This document shows positions 25,727 to 38,300 of a stretch of DNA of 64,000 nucleotides, one piece after another (within the stretch, counting starts at the first letter, position 1; each line of letters opens with the position of its first letter). Source of the DNA: Tubiluchus corallicola (Eukaryota > Animalia > Priapulida); contig JAQGDQ010000010.1 of NCBI GenBank assembly GCA_030141605.1, forward strand, positions 558,001 to 622,000, given 5' to 3'. Under the pieces are notes generated by a model. It was given only the letters and a program-made list of their open reading frames with translations. It had not been told where the DNA came from and did no database searches. The position numbers and the translations under genes are program-made.

Positions 25727-26895
25727 TTGCGACATCTATAGTCAAGAAAGAATGGCTTTTCATGTAATAGTTGTTAATTTGTTCTTTTTACATTAATTAG
25801 TTTACGCTGAGTTTAGAATTAATTATTGTTTACATCGTCAGCTATGATATTTCTTAAGTAATCATGTTTTCAGTTGATCGGCTAAATACAGTTATTGCTT
25901 AAAGTAGATTTACTTCTTGCTTTTTGCACGTTAATTGTGATACACAAATTTTAATTTCAATGAAAATTTTTAATTCGCTGTCTTGTTAAATTTTCAAGAC
26001 ACAACTTTAGTTTAAGGTCTTATTTGCATGATAAGTAGTGCACTGGCAGCCTATTGATTTGACACAGTATGTTATGTTCTGGATTTTAGAAACTCTATAG
26101 ACATCTTACGATTTTTCTTTCAAGTTAGGCTTATTTACAATGTTCACTCTAGGTTAATATTAATAATTATGCTTATTTAGCTGCTACTGCGATTTAAGGT
26201 AATAATGAACTTTGGAAGGAGTTTACATTTCTTCACACGATTTAAAGCACAAGAAAACCCTCCACTTAAATAAAGCTTAAAAATTCGTCTAGAAATTTTA
26301 TACTACGTACATCCTGCCTTTTTGCATACATGGCCTGCATCGGCAGCAACGCTATATAAGATATGTAAATTTAAACTCCCGCAATGATCGTTAGACGCAG
26401 CCATTTTGACGATTCTAAACAAGTTTAGATAGCACTGAATAAAGTTTGAAAAAATAATCAGAGCATTCGTAGAACATACGTCACTAGCTAAGTAAAATTT
26501 TAGATTGCTATATCTTGTCAATAAGATTAAAAATACGTTTTTGGTTGGTCAGTGGTGCAACCTGTAGGTGAGTCAACGACATTTTGTTGACAACATTTTA
26601 AATAATAAATCATTTTCTTTTCTCGTTGCATAAGTCTTTCAAGCAGGTAAACGAAATGCTAAGTAATATAGCTTTGCATGGAAAGTTTTTGGGGGTTAGT
26701 CTTTTCTTCCTTTGATTTATGTTGTGTGTATATGACGTCATGTAATGGCGTGGTCGGAACAGCAATGCGGGATATTTAAAATGAAAACAAACGAAAAATC
26801 CTTTCAACGCGAGAACGATTTACGCATAAAATTGCCATAAAATAATATAAATTTTAAAGCGATTTTCCTGAAACCTGCCTCAGACTGACCCTAAT

Positions 26896-27007
26896 TCTAC
26901 CCTACCCTACCCTAATCCTAATCCTAACCCTAACCCTAACCCTCACCCTGACCCTAATCCACTTCACAAACTAACTGGTTGTGTGGGGGAATTGTAAACT
27001 TTAGCCT
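26896..27007. repeat. Degenerate (CCCTAA)n tract plus arm of a small repeat family (related to 63814-63900)
   Basis: ccctaaccctaaccctcaccctgaccctaa followed by ggggaattgtaaactttagcc, identical to 63880-63900. Confidence 0.75.
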
Positions 27008-27286
27008 AAGTTTTAAATGTAGCCTACTCTGAGCATGAGCTGCAATAATCAGGTAAGGGATAAAACGAAAAGTTCTGCATGAACTATTCTACGTGACGCC
27101 CATTGCCAAGAAATTATGCACCGGAGTGTATTTTGGAACGTTCCAGATTCAACGGCTTATTGTTGGAAAACTTTGACAGGGCCTTAACACAAATGCAGCT
27201 CACGGCTGCAGTCCTGCAGCGGCATTTTGGCTAAGGTCCTATTATTTTGCAAAAAAATTAATTGTTTTCAAACGACTTATTTTCAG

Positions 27287-27453
27287 ATGGTTGGTGCGAT
27301 TGCTACGGGAAATGCCACGATGTGCAACTGTCGGAAGCCAGTGCCACAGATGCAGATAATATCATTCTTGCGATGAACAGGAACAAACTCATAAAGAATA
27401 AAAATATTGATTCACTATCGCAACACAACACCCACATGACTTCTGTGACGTAA
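27287..27453 (+). CDS. Candidate GPCR terminal exon B
   Basis: Good acceptor cttattttcag. Phase-1 open frame DGWCDCYGKC...HNTHMTSVT*. Confidence 0.45.
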
Positions 27454-30400
27454 CTTGGCCTGAAGATGCCCCATTATAGCTGTAATTCTGTTAACTATAA
27501 TACTCTTATCACCTTAACATGTCATTCGTTCAAAAGGATATATTTTCTAGTAAAAGAAGTTGAAGGAAAACCGGACGATTGCCTATACATTAGTTCAAAA
27601 TAAAGTTTTTTTTTCAAATCAAAGCTTATATTAAATAATAATTATCTCGGATAGTTAAATTTTGTTAAACTTTCAAAGCTACGTGCGGCTCAGCAAATCC
27701 ACTAAGACTTTCAATGGCGTCTTTTGTCACATTCACGTGGCCGACAAATAGGCGTGGTGCCTTAAAAAACATGATCATGAACTGCAGTGTTCGTCAGCGA
27801 CGTCAGCGTGACGTACAGCTCATTTTCGTGACATCACGTCAGCGTCCTATAGCAGTCTTTGCTTACGCAACGTCCGGTAGTCCTTTAAGCTCATGTAAGT
27901 AATGCCGTCTCAATTGAAAGGAAATACGCGTGGAAATGCACACAAATCTGAAAAAATTCCGCAGAGATGCCAGCAAATTATTACGTGAGATTGCAAATGT
28001 ATAGGAAATAAAATCATAATAGTCAAGATACTCCTGGCTTGTCTGTTGGCTTTACCTTGACAATATAGATAGCTTAACATAGCTCACGAAAACAATGAAA
28101 GTCTGTAACAAAAGTGTCAGTATTTAAAATCGCGCTTGTGTTTTTTCTTTATAAATATCAGTTTTCTTTTGGTCAGTTTATTTCTACATTAGTTGTCACA
28201 CTTGGCGTTAGTGTAGGTCGAAACCGCAACAGTAATAGGTACCGTAAGCCGTCAGTACAGCTCGACAACACGAACATTATTATGCATGTGACGTAATTAT
28301 AATAAATTAATAATACTAATAAATTTGAAAGATAGTTAAATATTATAAGTCTAACAAGAAAGCCTAATTATTACTACTGATAATCAGTACCACATATATT
28401 TCAAAACCGAAGAGCTTGCTAGACATAATATGTCTTGTAATAATTGTGCTTTCTTGCCAAATTAACAATGTTGGGAGAGCAGAAATGCCAAAAATGCCTT
28501 TATTAAAAGTACTACTGTGCACAGCAACATGAGTTATTTATATTAGAAAATATCGACGGATATTACTACACTGACCTCTTTTATTGTAGGATCGTAGCCC
28601 TTGAGTAACTTCGTGCAATAAAATCTTGTTGTCTTAAAAGCCAAAAGCAATTGGTGTTGTATAAAAGGATTTATTAAATATAATTATAATATAATTGTAA
28701 CTGTTATTGAGCACTGTCTAACATATATTAGCTGTCAAATCGTAACATCCTCAGTCACGTCACTTCATTTTCTGACTGGAAAATGTAAAAAGTATACTTA
28801 TCTCTATGTGGGCCTAATGTTATACTCATAATTGGCTAACTAATAAGAATGGACCAATTTCGTGATAAAGTATAGTTATTAAACAATTATAGCCACTATT
28901 TAAGCCAGAGAGGCTTTGGCTGTTATTGCCGGATGTTTAATCTTGATGTGGAAGATGTACAGGAATGTGGTGTGCAGCCCAGCATAGTCATGCTTCTAGT
29001 CAGTCAGTGTTAAAGGCAAAATATAATTGTTGTACGTTTGTAAAGAACATCATGCTATAAAAATAGTTATTATAAGATCAAAATTCTTGTGACTTCTTTA
29101 GAGACTATGTACGTTATTCTACGTTATTTTTAATATACTGTAATATGATATCTTAGCTGTGCTTTAATATCACTGAATCACACAATTGTAAGGGCCTATT
29201 TAATCAACAATCTTGTATTGTTATAATAGTAATAATAATCTTGTTACAAGGTGTTAAAAGATTACACCGATGAAGGAAAATGACCGTCATTAATTTTGCG
29301 AAGCATAATTGCATAGTGCCCGATGACTTCAATTGCAAGCACATAACAATTGTTTTAGTATCATTGGTTTCTTTGTGTTTATCAGTTACTGTGTAAATTA
29401 GACGAAACGCGATAGACTGCAGCCTTGTTGTTACAAATAAACTACAAATATATAAGTGTGTTTCCAAAAACAATGAGTTTTGATTTTATGAAAAGTTGTG
29501 AAAATATTATGAGACCAATTCTTATGAAATAAAGTGACGAAAATTATAATAAATTTAATGTTTATAATTATTAAATTTGTTTTTATAATTGCGATAGGTT
29601 TATTGGTTTCATAATTAATTTTTGTTGATGTTAGTCTTTGGCATTCTAGCATTTCTCCGTTCACTTGGTCGCTCTATTTTACGCAGTGCTGCTCATGTAT
29701 CTTGCTGCATACTGATCATTTTTTTGTTTGGTTTTTCTAAACATTGCGTTAAATTTGCCAGAAACCGAGTTCTGCTTGTTTTTAGTCACATCCGGGACTA
29801 GTATGAATTCTTGAAGGTCTTGTGATTTAAGACTGGTTTGCAAAAGGTAAGCACTGTTATCAGTTAATTAATATTGCTGTCCTCTGTGCCTGTGTATTAA
29901 TTAACTTAGGGTTGAGGAAGTGTTGCCGTGGAAACTTGGCGAAGTGACTGCGATAGCGTACTATTCTTTACATTTCTAGCGCCAAATAAAGTACGTTGTG
30001 CAGATGAAACCACGTTTTAAATCTGTTGTGGATCTTGAGCCTACAAAATTGTCTGTCTTTGAGACCAGTTGTAAAATGGTAAAAAATAATTTGCCAATAA
30101 TTGATTTGATCAGATGTAAATCACGGATTTTAACTTCGCGGTGAGTGACCTGCGTAAAAGACAAGTTTCGTTGAACACTTTCAAGCCAGACAAAAGTAAT
30201 GCGTCGAAGAAATGTGCGTGGCAACTAGTATATCCGCTATGCTTGTTGTTTAGAAAATTATTTTATCGTGGGGCACTACTTCATGATTGGATCACAGCCC
30301 GTATAACTCGGATTCCGAAGTTTTTAAAATTAAAAGTATTGTCCCAGCTCTGTACTCTGCAGTCAGATAATCGGCTCATTTTTTATATAGATATATTTTA

Positions 30401-30548
30401 TGTACTTTTAAATGTACAAAATAAATTAAAATAATAAAAAGAATAATATAGACTCACTACTAGACGCAACTTGAAAAATCAATTAGTAAATTGAAATTTT
30501 AATCTTGGATAATGGATAAGTCCATTTTCTGTGATAATAATTAAAATT

Positions 30549-30730
30549 GTGCACCATATTTACAGGATAAGTGACTTTTACAAGATAAAAACAGTGATTA
30601 TCCCAGTTTATCAGAGTTTACTACTTGAGGTTACAATATGCGCACCATGTTTTCTAGGATAAGACATTTTTTCAAGTTAGGAAGAGTGACTCTCTCGGTT
30701 TATCATCGTTTCTCACTTAAGCTTATAACA
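30549..30730. repeat. Diverged ~92-bp tandem duplication
   Basis: tgtgcaccat..caggataag..agtga..gtttatca is repeated as tgcgcaccat..taggataag..agtga..gtttatca. Confidence 0.7.
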
Positions 30731-32022
30731 AATATTAGCATCTTCAAAAGCAAGTTGAAAGCTCTGCGTCGAAACCATGTGGCGAAATGAGTTACTAAAA
30801 TAATAATAACTTATTTTGAAGGTAGTTGTATTTTGATAAAAATGAGCCTTAGGCTGATGAAATTATGGGGCCCCCTCAGACGAAGCAACCCTTTATTTTG
30901 CTCGCATTCGGGGCCCCTTTTTATCAAAATATTTTTAGTGATATTTGCATATATTTGCTCCCATTTCGAATACAAGGCTTGCAAGAGAGGCTCTTATGGC
31001 CTTTTGTGTCAAATAAAAGACATCAGACAGGGATCCTTTATCTTTTTTGAAAAACTGGTGTCAGGGAATCAATCACAAATGAAATTTAAAAAACTGTGAT
31101 CAACAGTCGATCCAAAATTGGTGTTTGAGAAAAAAGTATCGGATTAGGATGGGTAAACTTGATTGGACTAGCACTGATGTATGCAGGATGTCAGTCAAGT
31201 TCAAGAAAGACAGATCCTATGTATCGCCGAAAATTTGTGCTAAGAAAAAAAACATACGACTTACTTGAAGAAAAAGTGACATATAGGTCGCATTTCTCTT
31301 GGGTTAGGAAAAACTGTTCTAAATTGAATTTCTTGTCATTGACAAGCACAACAGAATCATGGTGCTGAGTAAATTTAAACAAGGGTTATTAAGATGATTG
31401 ATAAGCTAAGCACCAATGGAACTAACTAAAACCTAATGCGAAAGAAAGAATTAGAATGTACTGTTTAGTTAGGATAAACAATCTCTAGATTCTTGCCTAA
31501 TTACTAGTAATAATAGAATGCGTCTTATGTGTTGCTGCAAAACATATAAAAAACATCTGCACCTGATATTGATTTCTCACTTGATTATGTTAAGGATAGT
31601 AGCACAGCACAGCACTTGATAAAATTTATATAATAATTGTAATTTACAGTTAAGATACAGTACTTCACACAGTCTAACGTTATTATATTACTGCTTTACG
31701 TGGACAGTTCGTTGGAGCCAGCCCGGGAATCGAATTTGTGGCTTAGTTTTGATTTGCGGTTGAGAGATTTCTTCTCTTGCTGCTGTAGAATTCAGGTGGT
31801 TGAGTGATCAAACACGTTTTACGTTCAGGTCCTTCAAAAAACTAGAAACTGCTGTATAGGCTAGAGTAATTGACAGCTGATAATGCAGTAACGCATATTC
31901 ATTGTGCCGTTGTTCTTAAGGTTTTATACATGTTCAATAACATGGTGATTCGGCGCATTTTTACGATTTCCGCGCGTTGCGTTCTCTTCGTATAACAGAA
32001 GGAATTATATTAGTTGCAATTT

Positions 32023-32149
32023 AAATTATAAAAGTACTGTGGTAGACGACACAGAAATTTCAAAACAAAATATTGTCTGGCATCACACAAGCATATTGAC
32101 TATTCAAGGATGACAGTAATTATTTTAGTATTTACAGACGACCTGTAGC
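32023..32149. repeat. Local repeat copy A, left half (continues at 34566-34680 after the LINE)
   Basis: Clearly homologous to 37785-37912. Confidence 0.9.
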
Positions 32150-34565
32150 CATAGACATAGACATAGAACATTTATTTTCTCCATTTGTTTGACATGACAA
32201 GTTTTTTTAGTTATTACTTAATTATAGTAGTGGAGCAGGGCAGGGAAGGACCATAGGGTCATCTAGTCTCCTGCCCTGTCTAATAATTAAATTAGTATAT
32301 TAAAAGTAAATGGTGAGACTGCGGATAACAAAATCAAATAGGAAAAGAAATAATAATAATAAACAGTATAAATGAAAACAAAGTATAAATGAAAACAGTA
32401 TAAGTGAAAACAAAAAATAATAAAGTTAGATGACACCAAAATCTAAACAAAACAATACAAGTAATTATGATTATTATATATATTTTCATATAGGGGCCTT
32501 ATTGACAGGGGATTTTGACTGTATGGAGAGATAAAATAAGTATCAAAAAAAGTGTAATATAGAAAATTTAAGAGAAAAAGTAAGTATAAGAAAGAGCAAC
32601 AATTACTTAGGAGATGAGAAGAAAAAAACACACTTGATAGCTTGCTTATTAGTCTTACAAGTTATGTATTACAGGTATATTCATTTAGTAAGAATTTTGT
32701 GTATTTTTTGGAAGCAGAAAATAAGCTACCGCCAAAGGTATCTTTTGGCAACGAGTTCCATAATTTAACTCCTCGTGATTTTAAGCTATTGAAACCATGT
32801 CGGGTAAAAAATCTCTCCACAAAATACTGTTCATTAGAAGCAGCTCTTGTGGAGTAGGAATGTATATCAGAAACATTAGTGAAATATTCTCTAAAAAGTT
32901 CGGGTAATAAACCAGCATTGAATTTATACATAAATTTGAACAACTCAAGATTGTAAATATCTCTTACTTTTAAAATTTTTAATTTTACGAACGATGGTGT
33001 AGCATGATCATATTTGCGAGCAAAAGTTATTAATTTTACTATTTTGTTTTGTTGTGTCTGTATTAATTTTTGAGTTGATGCAAAAGCTGTACCCCATGTT
33101 AAGATGGAATATTGTAAATAAGGGAAAACTAACGAATTATATAGAAGTTTCAGAATATATTGGTCAACGTAGTGCCTTACTTTTAAAATTATTCCAGTAA
33201 TTCGACTTAATTTGTATGTTATGTGTTTTATATGTGGTTCCCATGTTAATTTATTATCAATGAGTAGGCCCAAGTATTTGATGTTGTCTGTTTCTTCAAT
33301 TTTGTGTTTGTTTATTATAATATGAAATTTTGGATTATTAGCATTGTTAATTTGCTTATTGTTGATTATCATAAATTTGGTTTTTTTGTAGTTAATTGAT
33401 AGCTGGTTTGCCCTCATCCACAGGTCTATTTTTTTCATTTCGTCATTAACAGATTTTTGCAGATTATTTATATTGGAGTCAGACATGAACAAATTAGTGT
33501 CATCGGCAAATATTCGGGTTCGAAAGTTGCTGCATGTGGGAAGATCGTTAATATAAATTAAGAATAGAAGAGGTCCTAAATTAGAGCCTTGTGGCACTCC
33601 ACACGATATGTGTTTATAGTCTGATGATACATTGTTAATAGATATGAATTGTTTTCTGTTAGTTAGATATGACTGAATTAGTTGCAAAGGTAGACCTCTG
33701 ATGCCATAATGGTTTAATTTGGCTATTAGTATACTATGCTGTACGGTATCAAAAGCTTTTGATAAGTCTAAAAATATTCCGCAATTCAGTAATTTTTTGT
33801 CAGTGTCTAGAGAGATCGTGTCTATTAATTCGGATACAGCAAGGGCAGTTGAATAATTTTTTCTGAAACCAAACTGGTATTTACTTAGGATATTACTTTT
33901 CACAACAAACTGGTATAATCTCTTGTAAATTAGCCTCTCAAAAACTTTTGATACTGGTGATAAGAGAGATATTGGTCTGTAATTGCCAGGTTCATGTGGA
34001 GAGCCAGTTTTATATAAAGGAATAACTTTTGCTATTTTTAATATATTTGGAAAAGTTCCAGCATTAACCGATTTATTAAACAGTAATGTGAGTATTGGTG
34101 AAATAATTTGACTTGCAGATTTAAAAAAAGATATTGGTATATTTTGTGGTCCTGGTGATTTGTTTGAATTAAGTGTGTTTAAAAGTGTGCATGTTTCATT
34201 TTCAGTAATAGGATTAATGAAAAAAGAATTTGGGTTAGGGTTTTTTAAAAAGTCAGTAAAATTAACGTTAGGTTTAGGTATTTTGGCAGCCATGTCAGGT
34301 CCTATATTTACAAAAAACTCATTTAGTTTACTGGCAATATCATATGTATCTGTATAGTCCACATTATTTATTGTTAACTTACTTGGTGTTTGACGTGTTT
34401 TTGGATCAGTTTTTGTAATACTGTTTATTGTTTCCCAAGTTTTTTTCATGTTATTCTTGTGTTTTTGCAATGTTTCAGTGTAATATTGTTTTTTTGATGA
34501 TTCCTTGACATGATTTAATTTATTTGAGTAGGATTTGTAGTAGATTTGTTTGTATAAATTATTTG
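32150..34565 (-). mobile_element. 5'-truncated CR1-group LINE (RT and C-terminal domain intact; no endonuclease or ORF1)
   Basis: RT ORF. 3'UTR hairpin cagggcaggagactagatgaccctatggtccttccctgccctg resembles the CR1 GACTAGATGA..GGTCC motif. AATAAA is followed by a (TCTATG)3 tail. Boundaries are defined by the empty-site paralogue. Confidence 0.9.
32662..34565 (-). CDS. LINE ORF2 reverse transcriptase fragment (~634 uninterrupted codons)
   Basis: KSPGP, AKVIPLYK, NYRPISLL, QFGFR, FLDLSKAFDTV, GVPQGSNLGPLLFLIYINDL, FADDT, KYLG motifs. The start at 34587 in the ORF track lies in flanking DNA. Confidence 0.95.
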
Positions 34566-34680
34566 AGCACTGTATTAATTTTAACAATCATTATCAAGAT
34601 CTGGCTATTTGACTTATTTCATGAGCCATTGCTCTCCGACTGGCTGTCCGACTAAAAACTAGAATGACATGAAATAATTT
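34566..34680. repeat. Local repeat copy A, right half
   Basis: actgtattaattttaacaatcattatcaagatct.. matches 37913-38016. Confidence 0.9.
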
Positions 34681-35256
34681 TCTGAGCAAATCACATGCGA
34701 CTCAAGGTACTTTGAAACTTGTAGAGGTGCCTGCTCACTTCAAACACATAGGACAAAGAGATGCTTATGAAAAACTTAACATCATCTGATTTCATAGCCA
34801 CTGCTAAGATGCCAAAACTTTAGTGGGCACAAAAGCCCTCAAAGCCAATTACGTCTGTTGTAGACATTGGATAGGCAAAATTCTAAAATAAGAAATCTGT
34901 CCTCAAGATAGTTGATCCAGCAATCACTATGCCAGTGATTTGTCAGCAACACTTCTGAAAATTCAGTAATAAAATTTAAATCTGATGGTATGGTATACTT
35001 TGAGAAAGCTGCATCACAACAGTTTTTGCAGGCCTGATTAAATATTTTATTCAGAAATATGAATGAAATCAATAATTAGTTTATTGATAACAAAACATGA
35101 TGCTTTCCTATATTATGTAGACTTGTCTCAAGTTTCAATGTTATATTAGACTGATATCTGTTGCTTAGACTACTTAGCATAATGTATGTTAATATTTCTT
35201 TTGAAGAAGAAACATTATATATATATTTTTTCTAGGCTTGTTGAATTTTGTAAAGC

Positions 35257-35389
35257 ATGTCTTTCCGAGGCCGAGGTGGTGGAGGCTTTAGAGGAAGTAA
35301 CAGAGGTGGAGGAAGAGGTGGCTATGGTGGACGAGGACGAGGTGGATATGGTGGAGGATATGACCAAGGCCCACCAAGTCATGTTATGG
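35257..35389 (+). CDS. GAR1: GAR1 coding exon 1 (N-terminal RGG); acceptor at 35235 implies an upstream 5'UTR exon
   Basis: [23 protein letters not shown]. Confidence 0.93.
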
Positions 35390-38300
35390 GTGAAGCTAAT
35401 AAAATTGCATCTTAATGACAAAACTAGTTTTTTAAGCTAGGATGCTACATAACAAATGGACGTTTGTATTTAATTGGACAGGTTCAGAGTCTAAGTGCAA
35501 ACCAGAACTAAAGTTGCCTGAGAACAAGCATTATTTAGTTGTCACATAGGTTTGAAATTATATCTATGCCCTGCCTTATCTACATTTCTGCTTCCTATCT
35601 TTACACAAGATACCACCAAACTAGTGAGTCTTGCTTTCCCTATTCAGATTTTGTCATCCTGTACACTAAATAAAAAGCAATGCTAGCTTTGAAATAATTT
35701 TTTTGGTAACCGTAACATTATAGCTATGCTGGTTTAACCATCATCAAACATAAAGCAATGTACCAGCTATGTGCTAGCACCACCTGAAACTTCAAGCAAT
35801 TACACAAAGTTCTAGCTACTAACACAAAAATAAAACAATCAAACACAAAAAATAACAGCAACAAACGTGAGCATGGGGACAAAAAACATTATATGCATGG
35901 CAAACCAGTCAGTTAACATAACTACATACAAGTGTACAAAAAAAGAACTATGCAAACTTATTAAAATGACCAGTTTCTTACTTGGTCAATTGCTCCAATT
36001 TTCAGGAGCTGATGCATAGGTTCATGTTTATCTTGTAATGGCTAAAGTAGCATAGTCGAAATGTTACAATTTTCAATAAAGATGTTTTATCAAAGCTTGC
36101 TTCAACTTGGCACTTACATTTTTGTTAGTGTCCAGTTAAGATTTTCAAGAAGACATTCCATTGATATCTTTTTAAATTTGCACACAGTTTTGTTATAAAA
36201 TTCACTTCATTTGTATATTTTTCTGTTGCAGTTAGCAGCTGTGTAACGATACAGCATTGTTTCATGGTAATAGGGGACCCTCGTAATATGTAAATAGTTA
36301 ATTTGCTGAGTAATTCATGCTTCCTTCATACAATAGTGCTCAGCATTGTAGCTTCTGAAACATTGTGTCTTTTCATTTTTTTATTCTGAATTTTACATGA
36401 ATTGTTTTATTTCTTCATATATTCCTGTGTTATAATTGTGAAATTGTAATTTGATATTGTAATTGTGCACATTTCAGAACTAGGCGAGTTTTCTCATACA
36501 TGTATGGATGACTTGGTGTGTAAGTGCACAAATGAAAAAATTCCATACTTTAATGCTCCTGTTTATCTGGAAAATAAGCAGCAGATTGGAAAAGTGGATG
36601 AAATATTTGGACCAATCAAAGATTTTGTATCCTTTTAGTGGAAGGAGTCTGAAGTTTCAAACTCCCACTTTGATTAACAGTACCAAATTAGAGAAAATAT
36701 AGGAAAATGCCAAGAGGCCTGCCAATATGTACTCTAATATTACAAGTTTTATAAAAAAAACATAAAAAGGAATGGATAGATATAGATACATGTCACTTTT
36801 ATCTTGGATGCTTTATAGATAAGAAATTGGCATTTTCTAAGCATGGCGTTCATGTAGCCAGCAAGGCTAATAATAATTAATGTACTTTGTTTGAAAAATA
36901 AAAAATCTTAATGTTTACAACTCACTAATTATTATCTTTTGTAACACAGCCATCTCTTCTGTTCTGAACTACTGTAATGTGGCCTTTTTCATATGCTTGC
37001 TAACTACTGTAAAAGTAATTTGGGTAGACCAAGGAGAAAATGTATAAAGTTCGTTGGTAAGAATAATGAACATCTGATCCTGGACCTTACTGTTCTGTGT
37101 AAAGATATGTTAATGAAGATGTTTGAGGAAATTATGGCTGATAACTTTCACCCTCTACACACAAAGTAACGCTAAATGTACCCTTTTCAAGAACAAATCG
37201 CTTTAAATTTTCGTTTGTTCCCATTTCACTCAAAGCATCCAATAGTAGCTAAACTCTAAACTCGTTTTTTAAGCTTTATTTCTGCTGTACCATTTAGATT
37301 TATATGTGTAGTCGAATTTAATTTACGGTTACGAACTTGTTCCGCTAATTGCTTTTTACTAATGTGTGCAAAGCTGAAAGGACAAATTTCTGGTATATGT
37401 GTAATATATAGGACCATTAAAGATGCCAAAGTCTATATCTTATTCCTCCATAATCTTAATTCCGTAACCACCATCCTGCAGGACAAAATTGTTGTACAGG
37501 TGCAGACTACGCATAATTAATGATAGCGTGATGCCCAATTGCCTCTCACTGACCTATAGTTGCCACTCGCTGAATCATCTAATTATGAGGTACAAGCTGC
37601 CGATTCACAGATTTGGACTGACAAAACACCTGACAAAATACAATGTTATCTGATAGCAGACTGGCTGCAAAATTGACCACAATCATACTTTTTTTATAAA
37701 TATAATATGGCAAATGAAACATAATAAACAAATCCTGCAAAAATTTTAATTGTATTTAATTGTAATTAATGCTACATAAAATTGAAATTATAAAAGTACT
37801 GTGGTAGACAACACAGAAATTTCAAAACAAAATGCTGTCTGGTGCCACACAAGCATATTGGCTTTTCAAGCATGCCTGTAATTATTTTAGTATTTACAGA
37901 CGACTTATTGCGACTGTATTAGTTTTAACAATCATTATCAAGATCTGCTTATTTGACTTATTTCATAATGAGTCATTGCTCTGTCCGACTAAGAATTAGG
38001 ATGACTGCAATAATTTACGGTTAACATAATACAGCAAATGAAACATAATAAACAAAACTGATCCTGCAAAAATTTTGTATTTAATAGTACGTAAAATAGA
38101 AATTGCATTTAAAAAACATAACTATTATCTTTAAACACGGCATGTACAATCGTAAAAATTTCAGCAGATCCATACCTCGCTGAAGGGAAACTTACTAGAA
38201 CTCTTAACTGGTTTGGACTTTGTGCCTTCATTTGCACTATAACCTCTTTCAAGCCAGGCCAACCCCGTTAATAGAGATTTTTCTGTGAATTTCCTTAACA

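Noticed and set aside
26896-26960. True telomere or fusion site
   Set aside because: Short, degenerate, single orientation and attached to a dispersed repeat arm.
35186-35440. Acidic 84-aa ORF and its antisense Ser/Thr ORF
   Set aside because: Alternative frames of the GAR1 RGG exon.
35478-35588. H/ACA-like pattern (hairpin, AGAACA, ACAttt) in GAR1 intron 1
   Set aside because: Short, and the lower stem of the second hairpin does not pair convincingly.
37064-37141. C/D snoRNA-like boxes (ATAATGA..CTGA..ATGAAGA..CTGA)
   Set aside because: Non-consensus C box, no adjacent terminal stem, no recognisable guide.
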